Shown piece by piece: positions 51,731 to 64,000 of a stretch of DNA of 64,000 nt (position 1 is the stretch's first letter; every line of letters starts with the position of its first letter). The DNA is from Octopus sinensis. Lineage: Eukaryota. Below the pieces are notes generated by a model that saw only the letters and a list, made by a program, of their open reading frames with translations, had not been told where the DNA came from and did not search any database. The stretch lies in assembly GCF_006345805.1 (NCBI RefSeq), contig NC_043001.1:24490001-24554000 (forward strand), given 5' to 3'. The position numbers and the translations under genes are program-made.

Positions 51731-52735
51731 AGGTGGTGAGCTGGCAGAAACGTTAGCACGCTCGACGAAATGCTTAGCAGTATTTCGTCTGTCTTTACGT
51801 TCTGAGTTCAAATTCCGCCGAGGTCGACTTTGCCTTTCATCCTTTCGGAGTCGATTACATAAGTACCAGTTACGCACTGGGGTCGATGTAATCGACTTAA
51901 TCCATTTGCCTGTCCTTGTTTGTCCTTTCTGTGTTTAGCCCCTTGTGGGTAGTAAAGAAATAGGTATTTCGTCAGTCTTTACATTCGGAGTTCAAATTCC
52001 GCTGAGGTTGACTTTGCCTTTCATCTTTTCGGGGTCGATAAATTAAGTACCAGTTACGCATTGGGGTCGATGTAATCAACTTAATCCATTTGTTTGTCCT
52101 TGTTTGTCCCCTCTATGTTTAGCCCCTTGTGGGCAATAAAGAAATAAGAAACGTTAGCATGCCAGGTGAAATGCTTAGCAGTATTTTGTCTGTCGCAATA
52201 TTCTGAGTTCAAATTCCGCTGAAGTTGACTTTGCCTTTCATCCTTTTGGAGTCGATAAATTAAGCACCAGTTGCGTACTGGGGTCGATCTAATCAACTGG
52301 CCCCACTCCCCAAAAATTTCAGGCCTTGTGCCTAGAGTAGAAAAGCTGGCAGAAACATTAGCACTCTAGGCGAAATGTTTAGTAGTATTTTGTCTGCCTT
52401 TACATTCTTAGTTCAAATTCCGCTGAAGTCGAGTTTGCCTTTCATCTTTTTGGGTCGATAAATTACGTACCAGTTACACACTGGTGTCGATCTAATCGAC
52501 TGGCCCCCTTCCTAAAAATTTCCGGCTTGTACCTAGAGTAGAAAAGTATATTCTTGTATCAATAATGCAGCGAGCTGGCACTCCTGGTGAAATGGTTGGT
52601 AGCATTTTGTCTGTCTTTACATTCTGAGTTCAAATTCCACTGAAGTCGATTTTGCCTTTCATCCTTGGGTCGATAAAATATGTACAAGTTGTGTATTGGA
52701 GTCAACTGGTGCCTAGAGAAGAAAAGAATATTCTT
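51731..52735 (+). mobile_element. Family B SINE head-to-tail pentamer
   Basis: Five GTTCAAATTCC..GCCTTTCATC..GTCGAT cores; two tail types. Confidence 0.88.
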
Positions 52736-53669
52736 GTATCAATGGCATTAATTGATCATGCTTGAAATACTGTATATCAACTTACACTCTGTATTTTGTC
52801 ATCTTATCTATAAGACCATGGGCATTCAGTGAATGAGCCAACGAGAGACCTCTGTATAGTCAGTCAACCTTAAAGAAATAGCAGCCAAACTGCCCTCAAA
52901 TCCTGCTACACCATCTTAAAAAAGAACCAATCATTGAATAAGTTGGTCTTGAATTCCCAGGACATAGGAAAACAGGCAGGATGGTCATAACTGGAATATC
53001 TCTGATCACAGGTCAGCTTGATTAGAACTAACACGGGCTTACCGATTTTTGTTACCATATTTCTGGAGAAATACACAGCCTGTGTTTCAACTAATTTCAA
53101 AAATAAAGTAGAATTTAATAAAATAACTTTGTTATTAAGTTGGTGTTTAGCACATTAATTAAAAAGAAAATTTGATGGATCGTTTTAATTTAGATAATTC
53201 TTTTGAACAGGAAGTCAGGGGCAGTCTCAGATGTGCCAGCATCAAAAGGGTGAAACTGCAACAACAACAACAGCAACAAAACACCACCCACAGGCCTCTT
53301 ACTCTGCTTGGTTTTCCAATAACATTTTTTATCATTTATCATCTCGCAGCATCTTTAGTGAGTGTTGTCTGTTCTCATTATTTGTTCTTATCAATACAGC
53401 TGCCTTCCCCCAACAAATCTTCAGTCTACATCTCATTACCGCAAAGTAATCTCTTTATTGTACTATCACACAACTGGATTTGTTCTCCAGTGCTACCTCA
53501 ATAATATACTTGTATCAAACAAAATCTTTGTAACACTGACTTATTTATTTAAGGTTACACAGAGCAATTCACTTTTAGATAGAGACCAGTTCAATGTTAA
53601 TTTTAACAATTCACTATCATTTGAAGTAGTTCAGTGTCTGTCATCACCATCATCGTTGTCGTCATCATT

Positions 53670-53694
<25 letters not shown>

Positions 53695-53706
<12 letters not shown>

Positions 53707-54325
53707 CCATCGTTTTAACGTCCATTTTACCATGATTGCAATAAGTCGCACAGAATCTATCAAGGTAAATTTTATATGGCCAGATGCCCCTCTTACCACC
53801 AACCTTTGCCTGTTTCCAAGAGATATAATATTTCTCCATGGTTTGACATCATCATCATCATCATCACCACCATCGTTTTAACGTCCATTTTACCATGCTT
53901 GCAATAAGTCGCACAGAATTTATCAAGGTAAATTTTATATGGCCAGATGCCCCTCTTACCACCAACCTTTGCCTGTTTCCAAGAGATAAAATATTTCTCC
54001 ATGGTTTGACATCATCATCATCATCACCATCGTTTTAACGTCCATTTTACCATGATTGCAATAAGTTGCACAGAATCTATCAAGGTAAATTTTATATGGC
54101 CAGATGCCCCTCTTACCACCAACCTTTGCCTGTTTCCAAGAGATATAATATTTCTCCATGGTTTGACATCTTCATCATCATCACCACCATCATTTTAACG
54201 TCCATTTTACCATGCTTGCAATAAGTCGCACAGAATCTATCAAGGTAAATTTTATATGGCCAGATGCCCCTCTTACCACCAACTTTTGCCTGTTTCCAAG
54301 AGATATAATATTTCTTCATGGTTAG
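53695..54325 (-). repeat. Four-copy ~160-bp tandem array derived from an RTE-type 3' end
   Basis: Unit anchors at 53711, 53874, 54031, 54191; each unit starts with (CAT)n. Confidence 0.95.
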
Positions 54326-55052
54326 ACATGTTTTCTCAGAGTATTGGAAATAAATGGCATTCATTTTGCGTCAAGAAATATCAAGACAAAAGAGACACAA
54401 ATATATGTATATTCACATACATACACACACATATCTATCCAAACTAGGGATCATGTGGTTGGGGAGAAAGCTTCTCACCACACAGCCACACCTGTGCCTA
54501 TATCCAAAATGTAGCCATATGTGTATCGTTGGTGATTTTCTTCCTCTGTCTTCCCTTTATTTGAACTTTCCTCTATTTCTGAAGAAGAGCAAAGGCTCGA
54601 AATGTTAAGTCCTCTTTCCTTCCTTTCCTGAGCATCTGATAATACAGTACTTGTACCACATCCTTGCATTATTGTTTGTTCTTCTTTGTTTGGATTCACT
54701 ATATATATATATGTATATCTATATGTTGTAGTGAAAATGGTACTCCCTTCCTAGGTAACAAAGTGGTATGGACCAGCCACTATAAAGTCAGACACCTGGT
54801 CGTTGTAGGAGGTCAGTAGTAGTAGAGCCATTGTATGAGTTCTTAGTTGGAGTCAGGGTCAGTTATGTGTTATATATGAGTTCGAGTTACCATCAAGGTA
54901 GACATTTCAAAGTCATTGTCTTGTGGAGCTATCAGTGATAGCATGATAGATGAGTCAAAGATAATAAGACGCAAAATACTCCCACACCATAATAATGCTG
55001 ACAAGAATAATACAGTGCTGACAATAACCGTACAAGTGAATGTGGATCCAAA

Positions 55053-55455
55053 GTGGCTGTGTGGTAAGTAGCTTGCTTACCAATCATATGGTTCCGGGTT
55101 CAGTCCCACTGCGTGGCACCTGGGTCAAGTGCCTTCTACTATAGCCTCAGCCTGACCAAAGCCTTGTGAGTGGATTTGGTAGATGGAAACTGAAAGAAGC
55201 CCATCATATATATATATATGTATGTGTGTGTATATGTTTGTGTGTCTGTGTTTGTCCCCCCAACACCGCTTGACAACTGATGGTGGTGTGTTTACGTCCC
55301 CATAACTTAGCAGTTTGGCAGAAGAGATCAATAGAATAAGTACTAGGCTTACAAAGAATAAGTCCCAGGGTTGATTTCCTCGACTAAAGGTGGTGCTCCA
55401 GCATGGCCGCAGTCAAATGATTGAAACAAGTTAAAGAGTAAAAAGAGTAAAGAGT
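55053..55455 (+). mobile_element. Family A SINE, full length
   Basis: Consensus match. Confidence 0.92.
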
Positions 55456-57502
55456 ATACACACACACAAGCACACACACACACAACACACATACACATAT
55501 CATCGTCATTATCATCATTTAATATCTGTTTTCCATGCTGGCAAGTGTTGGACAGTTCAACAGGAGCTGGTTAGCCAGAGAGCTGTACCAGGCCCCAGCT
55601 TTCTGTTTTAGCTTGATTTCTATGGCTGGATGCCATTCCTTATGCTAACTACTTTACAGAGTGCCCTGGGTACTTTTTATTTGGTAACCATTGTGGTTAC
55701 CTAATTGCTTGCAAGACAAAGATCTCTCAGCAGAGAGTGGAACTGGGTGAAATGTCTGTGAGTCAAGTGAGAGGTTAATGTATAAAAGGAAAGTGATAGT
55801 GTTATCTTACTATATATATATATATATGAGAGAGATTTTTTCAGTTTCCATCTACCAGATTCACTCAGAAGGCTTTGGTCAGCCAGGGATTATAGTAAAC
55901 GACACTTGCCTGGGGTGCTACACAGTGCAACTAATCTTGAAACCATGTGGTTGGGAAACAAGCTTTTCAGCTACATAATTAATGGTATGTGTATGAAATT
56001 TTAGTAAAAATTTAAAAAAAGAAACACTAAATAACTTATGTGGGCTAATGGCTGGAATTTGCCATAAATCAAAAATGCTTAATGAATTAAATTTTCTATT
56101 AAGCTGGAGGAAGAGAACAAAAACCTAGCATCAATTTTTTGCAACTTCTGAAGAAAAGAGGAAATATTTATGGGAAATTGAGAACTATTCTCTCAAATTT
56201 AATTTAAATGCATAAGAGAAAATATGACCTTTGTTTACAGAAGAGAGACAATTATGTGCCTATTTCATTCTATTAGATCTCATCAGGATAATATAGTCAA
56301 TATTTAATGCAGGCAGAGTGTTTAATAATATCAGGTAGACCATTTGATCGCTCCATATCAGATAGCCATATTCAAAGGCAAGCCATACATGTCGTTTCTG
56401 TGTTACAGTGACCCAACATTACTTGAACAGTATCAATATTGTTGTTGGACATCAACCAGCCTTTATGCTGAATGTTTTGTATAAAAACTGTTTCCTATTC
56501 AAGCAGAGCAATAACTAAAAGTCGAAATCTTTCTCCATATTGTTAAAAAGAGATTAACGAGAAAAAAAGAGTCACTGAATTTTTGATTTGATTGCATTTT
56601 TTCATTCTATCCACAGCTACCATCTACTTTGTCAGTTCTGTCCACTACTACAAATTATCTGTTACCACTTTCCTAGCTGCAATAAATCAAAACTAACTGG
56701 CAATCTACATTTCATTCACAGTTGCTTTTTTATGTTCTCCTTGCTCTTCCATACAATGTATGAAATAACATCTCACCAAAAAAGAAAATTAAGCATTTCC
56801 ATGAATGCATAGACATACACACACACACACACATACACACACATATATATATATACTCATAATTCACTCACACATATACACACATGCACACATCGCTTTT
56901 AATTCACATAAATATTCAAACTAATACTTCTACAATACAATACGATTTCTGAATCAACTTTAGGAGAATTTCAGTAAAATAAGTCATAATAGTATTAAAA
57001 GAAGCACTAAAAATTGTACATTTCACATGTTTCCAACACTAGGCATTATGATACCTTAATAACATAAAACCTTGATTTCTAAACGAACAAAAGAGCCATC
57101 TAAATCAAAAGTGTAAATTGACAACACACAGAAAAAAACAAAGAAATAACACTCTGGAAATAGCAGAACTGAATTCCACTTATGCATTATGTTGGTATCA
57201 CATTGGATCAGACTGAAATTTTATCATGACAAGGATTAATTTTTATAGGAGCAGATGTGACTGTTAGCTTAAGACGTTTGCTTTCCAACTACATGGTTCT
57301 GGGTATATATCTTCTGCTATAGCCTCAAGCCAACCAGAGTTTTTGGGAAAGTGAAAGAATCCCATCAAAACACCTACGTGTTTTGCGATTCAGGTGCATT
57401 TTCAAACCCCAAAACAAATTCTCCTTTATTTTTTTTCTTGCGTGGGAATACACATCTTTCCATCCATATATATATATAAGAGAATAGAGTGTACGTACGC
57501 CG

Positions 57503-57547
<45 letters not shown>

Positions 57548-58880
57548 AGCACATACATACACACCCACACACGTATACACATACATACATACATACATAG
57601 ATACATACATACACAATTACCTATGTGCATACTCCACAGAAATATATGTGTATATATATATATATATAATTCCAAGAGAGTTAGAAGTTGTGAATCCAAC
57701 CAACTAAGGGATGGTATCTATCCAATATACTGCTGGTAGAATACCTAATTAGTACAAAAGTGTTGGTTATTGCATGGCAATTACCCTACTGATTATAATA
57801 AAGCTAGGGTAGTAAGTGGTTTTAACCTTAATTTATATAGCAAGAAGAAAATGGAGGGAAGCCAGAGGTAGTATTCATCAGCTTTTATATATATATGTAT
57901 GTATGAATCTGTATTTGTATGTGTATGTATGTATATATGTATTTCTCCTTTTATGTGCCTTTCCAACCCATGCTAGCATGGAAAACAGACGTTAAACGAT
58001 GATGATGATGATGATGATATATATATATTTTTGTAGGATTTCAGTTCACCAAATTTCACTTGCAAGTTATTGGTCAACCTAAGGCTATAGTAGAAACATA
58101 TTTGCTCCATATTTGCACAAGGAGCAGATATGTTCCCACTGTATAACCAGCAATAAGATCAAACTGAAAACAACAAATGGTTAAAAGAGAACTTTTAAAC
58201 TACAGTGCTATACCTGGGCCTGTACAAAACACGCACACACACACTTACTCACTCACGCACATGCACACACAAATATTGTATAATGCATGTGTATGCATGC
58301 TTTCTCAATGCAAAATTAATGTATGTCACAGAAAATGTTTATTTACAGATCCTACCCCACACCATAATGCTAATTACACAGCAGTAACATTAGTTCAATA
58401 TTGAACTACATCAATAAGTTTGAACTTAGTAATCACAAGTAACAATAACCTGACTTTATCTGACCTACATAGTTATTGCCATTAATTCATGGATGACAGG
58501 TTGGTTCTAACAAAAACTACTGTACATCTCATGGCAATTTATATCATCAGTTTTAATCACTGTTGAAATAACCAGTTTACTGTCAATATCTTATCCATCC
58601 ATTAAGTTATAAACTTATAATATTCCACATTCATTCATTATTTCTTCTTTACCCAGCAAAATAAATATAGCCAGTTGCTTGACCTACTATGATCAAAGGT
58701 GTCTGTATCAATGAGCAATAAGCAATATTGATTAGTTCAGAAAAAAAAATATAAAACCTATTTCTGATATGTATTTGAATTGAGGTTATGTAGACTAAAA
58801 TACTATTACTAAATGCAGGAACGAAAAAAAAATAAACACCTGTAAATGAATTTGTACATACCAGATCTAATCTGATAGTT

Positions 58881-59073
58881 CAGGGGCCTCCAAAGTGGTT
58901 GATATCGACACCTAGGGATCGATGGGACTATTCAAGGGATGGATAAATGCACATCTATTTAATTATTATTATTATAATTATTATTTATTTATTTCCTTTT
59001 ACATGCCTGGGGGCCGATGAGGGATCTAGGATTCCATGAAGGGTCGATGGTCTAAAAATTTTGAAGACCCTTG
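58881..59073. mobile_element. hAT-type MITE with 8-bp TSD
   Basis: TSD TGATAGTT at 58873-58880 and 59074-59081; TIRs CAGGGGCCTCCAAA / CAAGGGTCTTCAAA. Confidence 0.88.
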
Positions 59074-59439
59074 TGATAGTTCAAAGCATACCAATTCAGA
59101 TATCTTAATTTTAAACATATATTATAAATATATTGCATTTTTTCCCTATCTATTTTCTTTTTTTTTTATTATTCGCATTCACCCTTTTAATAGCCTCAAT
59201 CATCAAACTGAAACTATGCTGTGAAACCAGCTTCCAAGTGTTTCAGTCAATTACCTTGACTCTGTGACATATTTGAGTCTTGTACCTATTTTATTGATCC
59301 ATAATTTATCACACGACCAGGTTTACACTTTTTCACACATCACTGGTTTTAGAATAGAAACACAGACATATACACACACACACATACATACATATACATC
59401 AAATACCTACAAACACATACATATGCATATATATATATT

Positions 59440-59550
59440 TATTATTGATGAAGGCTGATTTATAGGGTTACCCTAGGTTTCTTGCCATAAAGGTACCCTT
59501 TATGGCAAGAAACCCAGGGTAACCTTATAAACTGGTCTTCACCAGTAATA
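59440..59550. repeat. 111-bp imperfect palindrome (54-bp arms)
   Basis: 46/54 identity by eye, 3-nt loop TAC. Confidence 0.88.
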
Positions 59551-59644
59551 AATACAGACTGCTCTACTTCTTAGAATGTGCTTCTCCTCCGCATTTATGT
59601 TTTTCTAAAAAGACAATATGTATATATATATATATATATATATA

Positions 59645-59756
59645 ATCATCATTGTCGTCGTTGTTTAACGTCCGCTTTCCATGCTGGCACGGGTTGGACG
59701 GTTTGACTGAAGACTGGTGAACCAGAGACTGCACCAGGCTCAATCTGGTCTGGCAA
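59645..59756 (-). mobile_element. Family C 3' fragment
   Basis: Consensus match. Confidence 0.88.
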
Positions 59757-60467
59757 AAGTAGAATCGTTGGTTGGATATGAAATCTGACTGTATTCAGCT
59801 TGGCATCAGTGTAATTACAAAACAAAGAACTAGGACAGATATCACAGGATAATCTTGTCTGGCTTTCAACATTTCAACCGTTTTCACAGTTTTCCCCCAA
59901 GGCACTGCCTTAAATTGATAATTTTTAATCAACCCCTAAATGATGAAAGCAAAGCTGATCTCAGTGGGACGAGAAGTCAGTGTGCAGTGAGTTGAAACAA
60001 ATACCACAAGGCATTATATTATATTCAATGATCCACTGTTCAGCACTCAGATGAATGTGTCAGTTCAACATCTTATATATATCATCATCATAATCATTAT
60101 TATCATTATCATCATCATCTGCATCATCATCATCTGCATCATCATCATCATCATCATCATTTATCTGCATCATCATCATCATCATCATCATCATTTCTGC
60201 GGAATTCACTGGGACAGATTTTGTACAGCTGGATGTTCTTTTCATTACCAAACCTCCCTAGTTTCCAAACAAGGTTATACTTTCCACCATGGTCAGTTTT
60301 TAAGCAGTGGTGGTAGGGACAAACACAGAAACAAACACACACACACACACACACACACAAAGCAGGCTTCCATACAGTTTCCATCAATCATACTCGCCCA
60401 TATGGTTGGCCCAGAGCTGTAATTGAAGACACTGTCCAAGATGCCATGCAGTGGGATATCACAAAAG

Positions 60468-60639
60468 GCCTGGTTGGGGACCCAACTTTCTGAGTTCTTT
60501 TACAGGGCTTAAAAAAACTGAAGGACCATTGCAATAAATGTGTGAATCTATGAGGGGAATATGTTGAATAAAATCAGAATTAATTGATCCTCCTGTATTT
60601 TCTTTTACCCAAAGCCAGAAACTTTTCAGCATCCCCTTG
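60468..60639 (+). mobile_element. mariner 3' fragment (second family)
   Basis: GLKKLKDHCNKCVNL*GEYVE* resembles mariner C-terminus; TIR rc CAAGGGGATGCTGAAAAGTTTCTGGCT followed by TA. Confidence 0.7.
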
Positions 60640-61107
60640 TAGCTGTGTGACTCCATGTCTGTGTTTGTGTTTATCCCTGTAAAACCAGCATTGTACGGAA
60701 AACAGGCTCAGGTTTGGCTATGTAATTGAGAAGTTCACTTCACAATGTGTTGTTTTAGGTTTGGCCCCATCAGGCAGCATTTTGGACAAATGTCTTCTAA
60801 TATGATCCCAAGTGGCAGTTTCAGATATATCAAGAACTATATTGCTTAAAGTATAATCCCAATTTTTAAAAACTTTTGGGTTTATTTTGCAGGAGATTTT
60901 GGCTGCTATTTTTCAGAGGTTGAGCCACATAGTCAGATGTATTTTGAGAGAGTTTTTATCTGCTATGTTTAGTAGTTTAAGAAAAATGGTTTGCTTTAAT
61001 TTGAGAGACATTTGGCTGCTATTTCTTGAAGGTAGAGACTCATTCATTGGGTTAGACTATAACTGGTATGTTAGACAGTTGAAAGATCACAGATGAATAT
61101 ATTAAAT

Positions 61108-61465
61108 ACACAGGAGTCGTTGTGTGGTAAGTAGCTTGCTTACCAACCACATGGTTCCGGGTTCAGTCCCACTGCATGGCACCTTGGGCAAGTGTCTTCT
61201 ACTATAGCCTCAGGCCAACCAAAGCCTTGTGAGTGGATTTGATAGACAGAAACTGAAAGAAGCCTGTCGTACATATGTATATATATATGTGTGGGTGTGT
61301 TTGTGTTTGTGTCTGTCCCCCCGACAACACTTGACAATCGATGCAGTTTGGCAAAAGAGACCGATATAATAAGCACTAGGCTTACAAAGAATGTCCTGGA
61401 GTCGATTACCTTGACTATAGGCGGTGCTCCGGCATGGCTGCAGTCAAATGACTGAAACAAGTTAA
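61108..61465 (+). mobile_element. Family A SINE
   Basis: Consensus match. Confidence 0.9.
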
Positions 61466-62719
61466 AGAATACATAAAACAAGGAAATAAATTTGGAAGTA
61501 TGTTTTTCTAATGTAGAACAATAAAAAAAATATTAAGAAACGAAAAGGAAAACATACAGAAAGAGAGGATAGCTAAAACAATTACATGAAGATGATTTGT
61601 AAGAGGACTTTAGATACTTGCTAATCTATAACAATATTTATGTATCATTTGTTATTAGCAGAAGAAGAGATAAAAGAAGGACTTAAGTCATTTCGCAGTA
61701 TGTAGTTTGTTTATTTTATAAACATTGGAGAAGGAAGAAAGTAAACTTGTTTTGTTAGTTTGGGAAGAAGGCAAGGGTCTTTAACCTGTTTATAGCTTTT
61801 AATCCATGGATAAAAAATATTAGTTAGAGGTGTACTGAATAAGGTAAAGGAGGAAAGAGTATAAAATAAAAGATGATAGAGAAAATGAGGGAGAGTGTGT
61901 GTGTGTATGTTGCTGTTATATGGAAAGAGAAAAGGAATATTCAAAAAGACCATATCCAAAAGATATTAGAGAAATTAAAAGGTAATCTTATCGTGCCAAT
62001 TCAATCTCTTTATCAATAACCCTCAAGTAGCGATCCATCACTCTCATTTATCCTAATCTCACCCTTATCACTCTGGTTCTCTTCCATTACCCTTTTCCTC
62101 TCACACCTGAACTCTGGCTCTCTTCCAGCCAGAAGTGTGGGAAAGGAAGGAATAAATACAGAGATAATACAAGGAAAAGAAGACTCTCTTTAGTGTTACT
62201 ATGGGTAAGGTAACCTCTTTGATTGTGAAAGAATGAAAGAGACAACTTAGGAAAGAGGGGACTCTTTCATAGGCTTGGAAACAAGGAGTGCAGTGGGTAT
62301 GCCTGCGCTCCTAAAATTTGGTAGGTGAGGGACAATGAAGACAAACATCCTGGGTGGGACTTGAGTTTGCACCCACTAAGCAAATTTCATTCCTGCACTT
62401 ATGGACTCTTTAGTCTAACTGGGTTGAAGACAACTTATCCAGTGTTGGTGCTATAACAAAATGCTCTGAGTACATTCTGTAGAATGTTTGGCAATGTGAA
62501 GGGTATCCAAACATAAAGTCCATGCCGAATGGGACATGGTTCCCAACTGTCCAGTGGGGGTACACAAGGTGTTAATAAGAACTGACTCAGACTGTAATGA
62601 CCCATCTAACCCATGCCAGCATTGAAAAGCAGATATAAGGTTATGATACTAACTCACCCAAACTGCCTCTAGTTCTGTGATGCAAAACAATGCAAAATTG
62701 TTTTTATTTCAAAGTTACC

Positions 62720-62945
62720 ATCATCATCATCATTGTTATTATTTAATGTCCATTTTCCATGCTAGTATGGGTTGGATAGTTTGACAGGAGCTGGAGGGAT
62801 GCATCTATTTTTGGCATGGTTTCTACAGTTGAATGCCCTTCCTAATGCCAACCACTTTACAGAGTGTACTGGGTGCTTTTTACATAGCACCAGTATGGGT
62901 GTTCTATACACAGAAGTGGCACCAGTGCTTTTTATGTGGGACCAA
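62720..62945 (-). mobile_element. Family C 3' fragment
   Basis: Consensus match. Confidence 0.85.
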
Positions 62946-63044
62946 CAGGAGTGTTTATTTATAAATTTAAACTTTTCAACCCAATCCATGACACAATCTA
63001 GTGATGTATGTTTTGCACACTAACTTATAACTAAAAACTTATTT

Positions 63045-63317
63045 ACTCTTTTACTCTTTTACTTGTTTCAGTCATTTGACTGCGGCCATGCTAGAGCACC
63101 ACCTTTAGTCAACTTATTCTTTGTAAGCCTAGTACTTAGTCTATCGACCACTTTTGCCGAACCGCTAAGTTACAAGGACGTAAACACACCAGCATATATA
63201 TGTATGTATGTATATATGTATGACAGGCTTCTTTCAGTTTCCGTCTACCAAATCCACTCACAAGGCTTTGGTCGGCCCAAGGCTATAGTAGAAGACACTT
63301 GCTCAAGGTGCCACAAC
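63045..63317 (-). mobile_element. Family A SINE, headless
   Basis: Consensus match. Confidence 0.88.
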
Positions 63318-63648
63318 TAAACTTCTCCACATTTATGATTATTTTCAAAATTTACAGACACATACAATTAGTATATCTCTAGAATTATGGTTACTTAATG
63401 GTTTATACAGCCTGACGATATTTTTCTTATTTTTCCCCAGTTGTGACCACTCCTGCTTCTATGATACAAACTTCCAGTTTTAAAGTGTTCTATATTAAAA
63501 CCTTTACACCAAAATTTCGAGTTATTCTATGTACCATACACCAGTTTAATAATGGCAAAAGACTTCATTATTTTCAAAATTGCTTGAAACCAAGGCAGTG
63601 AATTTCAACAGAAACATCGGTATCAAAAGGGCTAAATACATAACATAC

Positions 63649-63940
63649 ATTCTATCTGTGGTGTATGCGGGAGATTTGAAATAAGGGCACCAACCTTCTC
63701 TTTGTTGACGGAGACATCTCCAGTGGTAATGCACCCTTCCATGCGACCCGACTCGAACGCTACAAATAGCAGCTGCTTTTCCCCTACCTTAACAAAGCGC
63801 TCACACGTCCAACTCGGTCGGCTACCTCGATCGAAAAGGGCCAATGCTGCCCTGCCTGCACGCGAATCACTCCTGCCCCTTCCTCTTCCGGTCAGCCCCA
63901 AGTTCTGGTCAGCTCCCCAGCTGCTGACGTCATCCCACAT
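63649..63940 (-). CDS. Candidate first coding exon of an unidentified gene (MWDDVSSW...NLPHTPQIE)
   Basis: 97 open codons in non-repetitive, GC- and CpG-rich sequence ending at strong donor GAAT/GTATGT; no family recognised. Confidence 0.4.
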
Positions 63941-64000
63941 GCCACCGTGATCTTAAAGATCACATTCTCTCTACTCTCCTGCTGCTTCCTCTTCTGGTCA

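Noticed and set aside
53695-54325. CRISPR-like array or repeated peptide MEKYYISWKQ
   Set aside because: Eukaryotic context, no unique spacers; plain tandem of a retroelement 3' end
54725-55035. Possible solo LTR (TG...CA)
   Set aside because: No target site duplication and only one copy in the window

Overview
AT-rich, microsatellite-dense eukaryotic DNA, almost entirely intronic or intergenic. The SINE/LINE repertoire and (TA)n/(CA)n/(CAT)n density suggest a coleoid cephalopod (octopus-like); this is inference from repeat types, not a database hit. Most of the window is three interspersed families: A, a tRNA-headed SINE; B, a Nin-domain-like SINE, often multimeric; C, RTE-LINE 3' ends with (GAT)n tails. 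There are also CR1 and RTE ORF remnants, Tc1 and mariner fossils, and pogo/hAT/Tc1-type MITEs. Nearly all supplied ORFs are microsatellite or repeat artefacts, and no gene could be named. Best gene-related signals are a housekeeping-type promoter motif cluster at ~3.9-4.0 kb, a few weak exon candidates, a strong recursive-splice-site motif at 45578/45579, and a CpG-rich minus-strand exon at the right edge. The main discovery candidate is a set of type I hammerhead ribozyme (HHR) motifs, intact or degenerate, of the minimal palindromic-helix-III kind known from Penelope-like elements. They occur in about six unrelated non-autonomous repeat families, usually inside large inverted repeats. One core caps a 90-bp hairpin exactly, and one sits downstream of a tRNA-derived Pol III head. 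All alignments and folds were done by eye and coordinates of old repeats are approximate.
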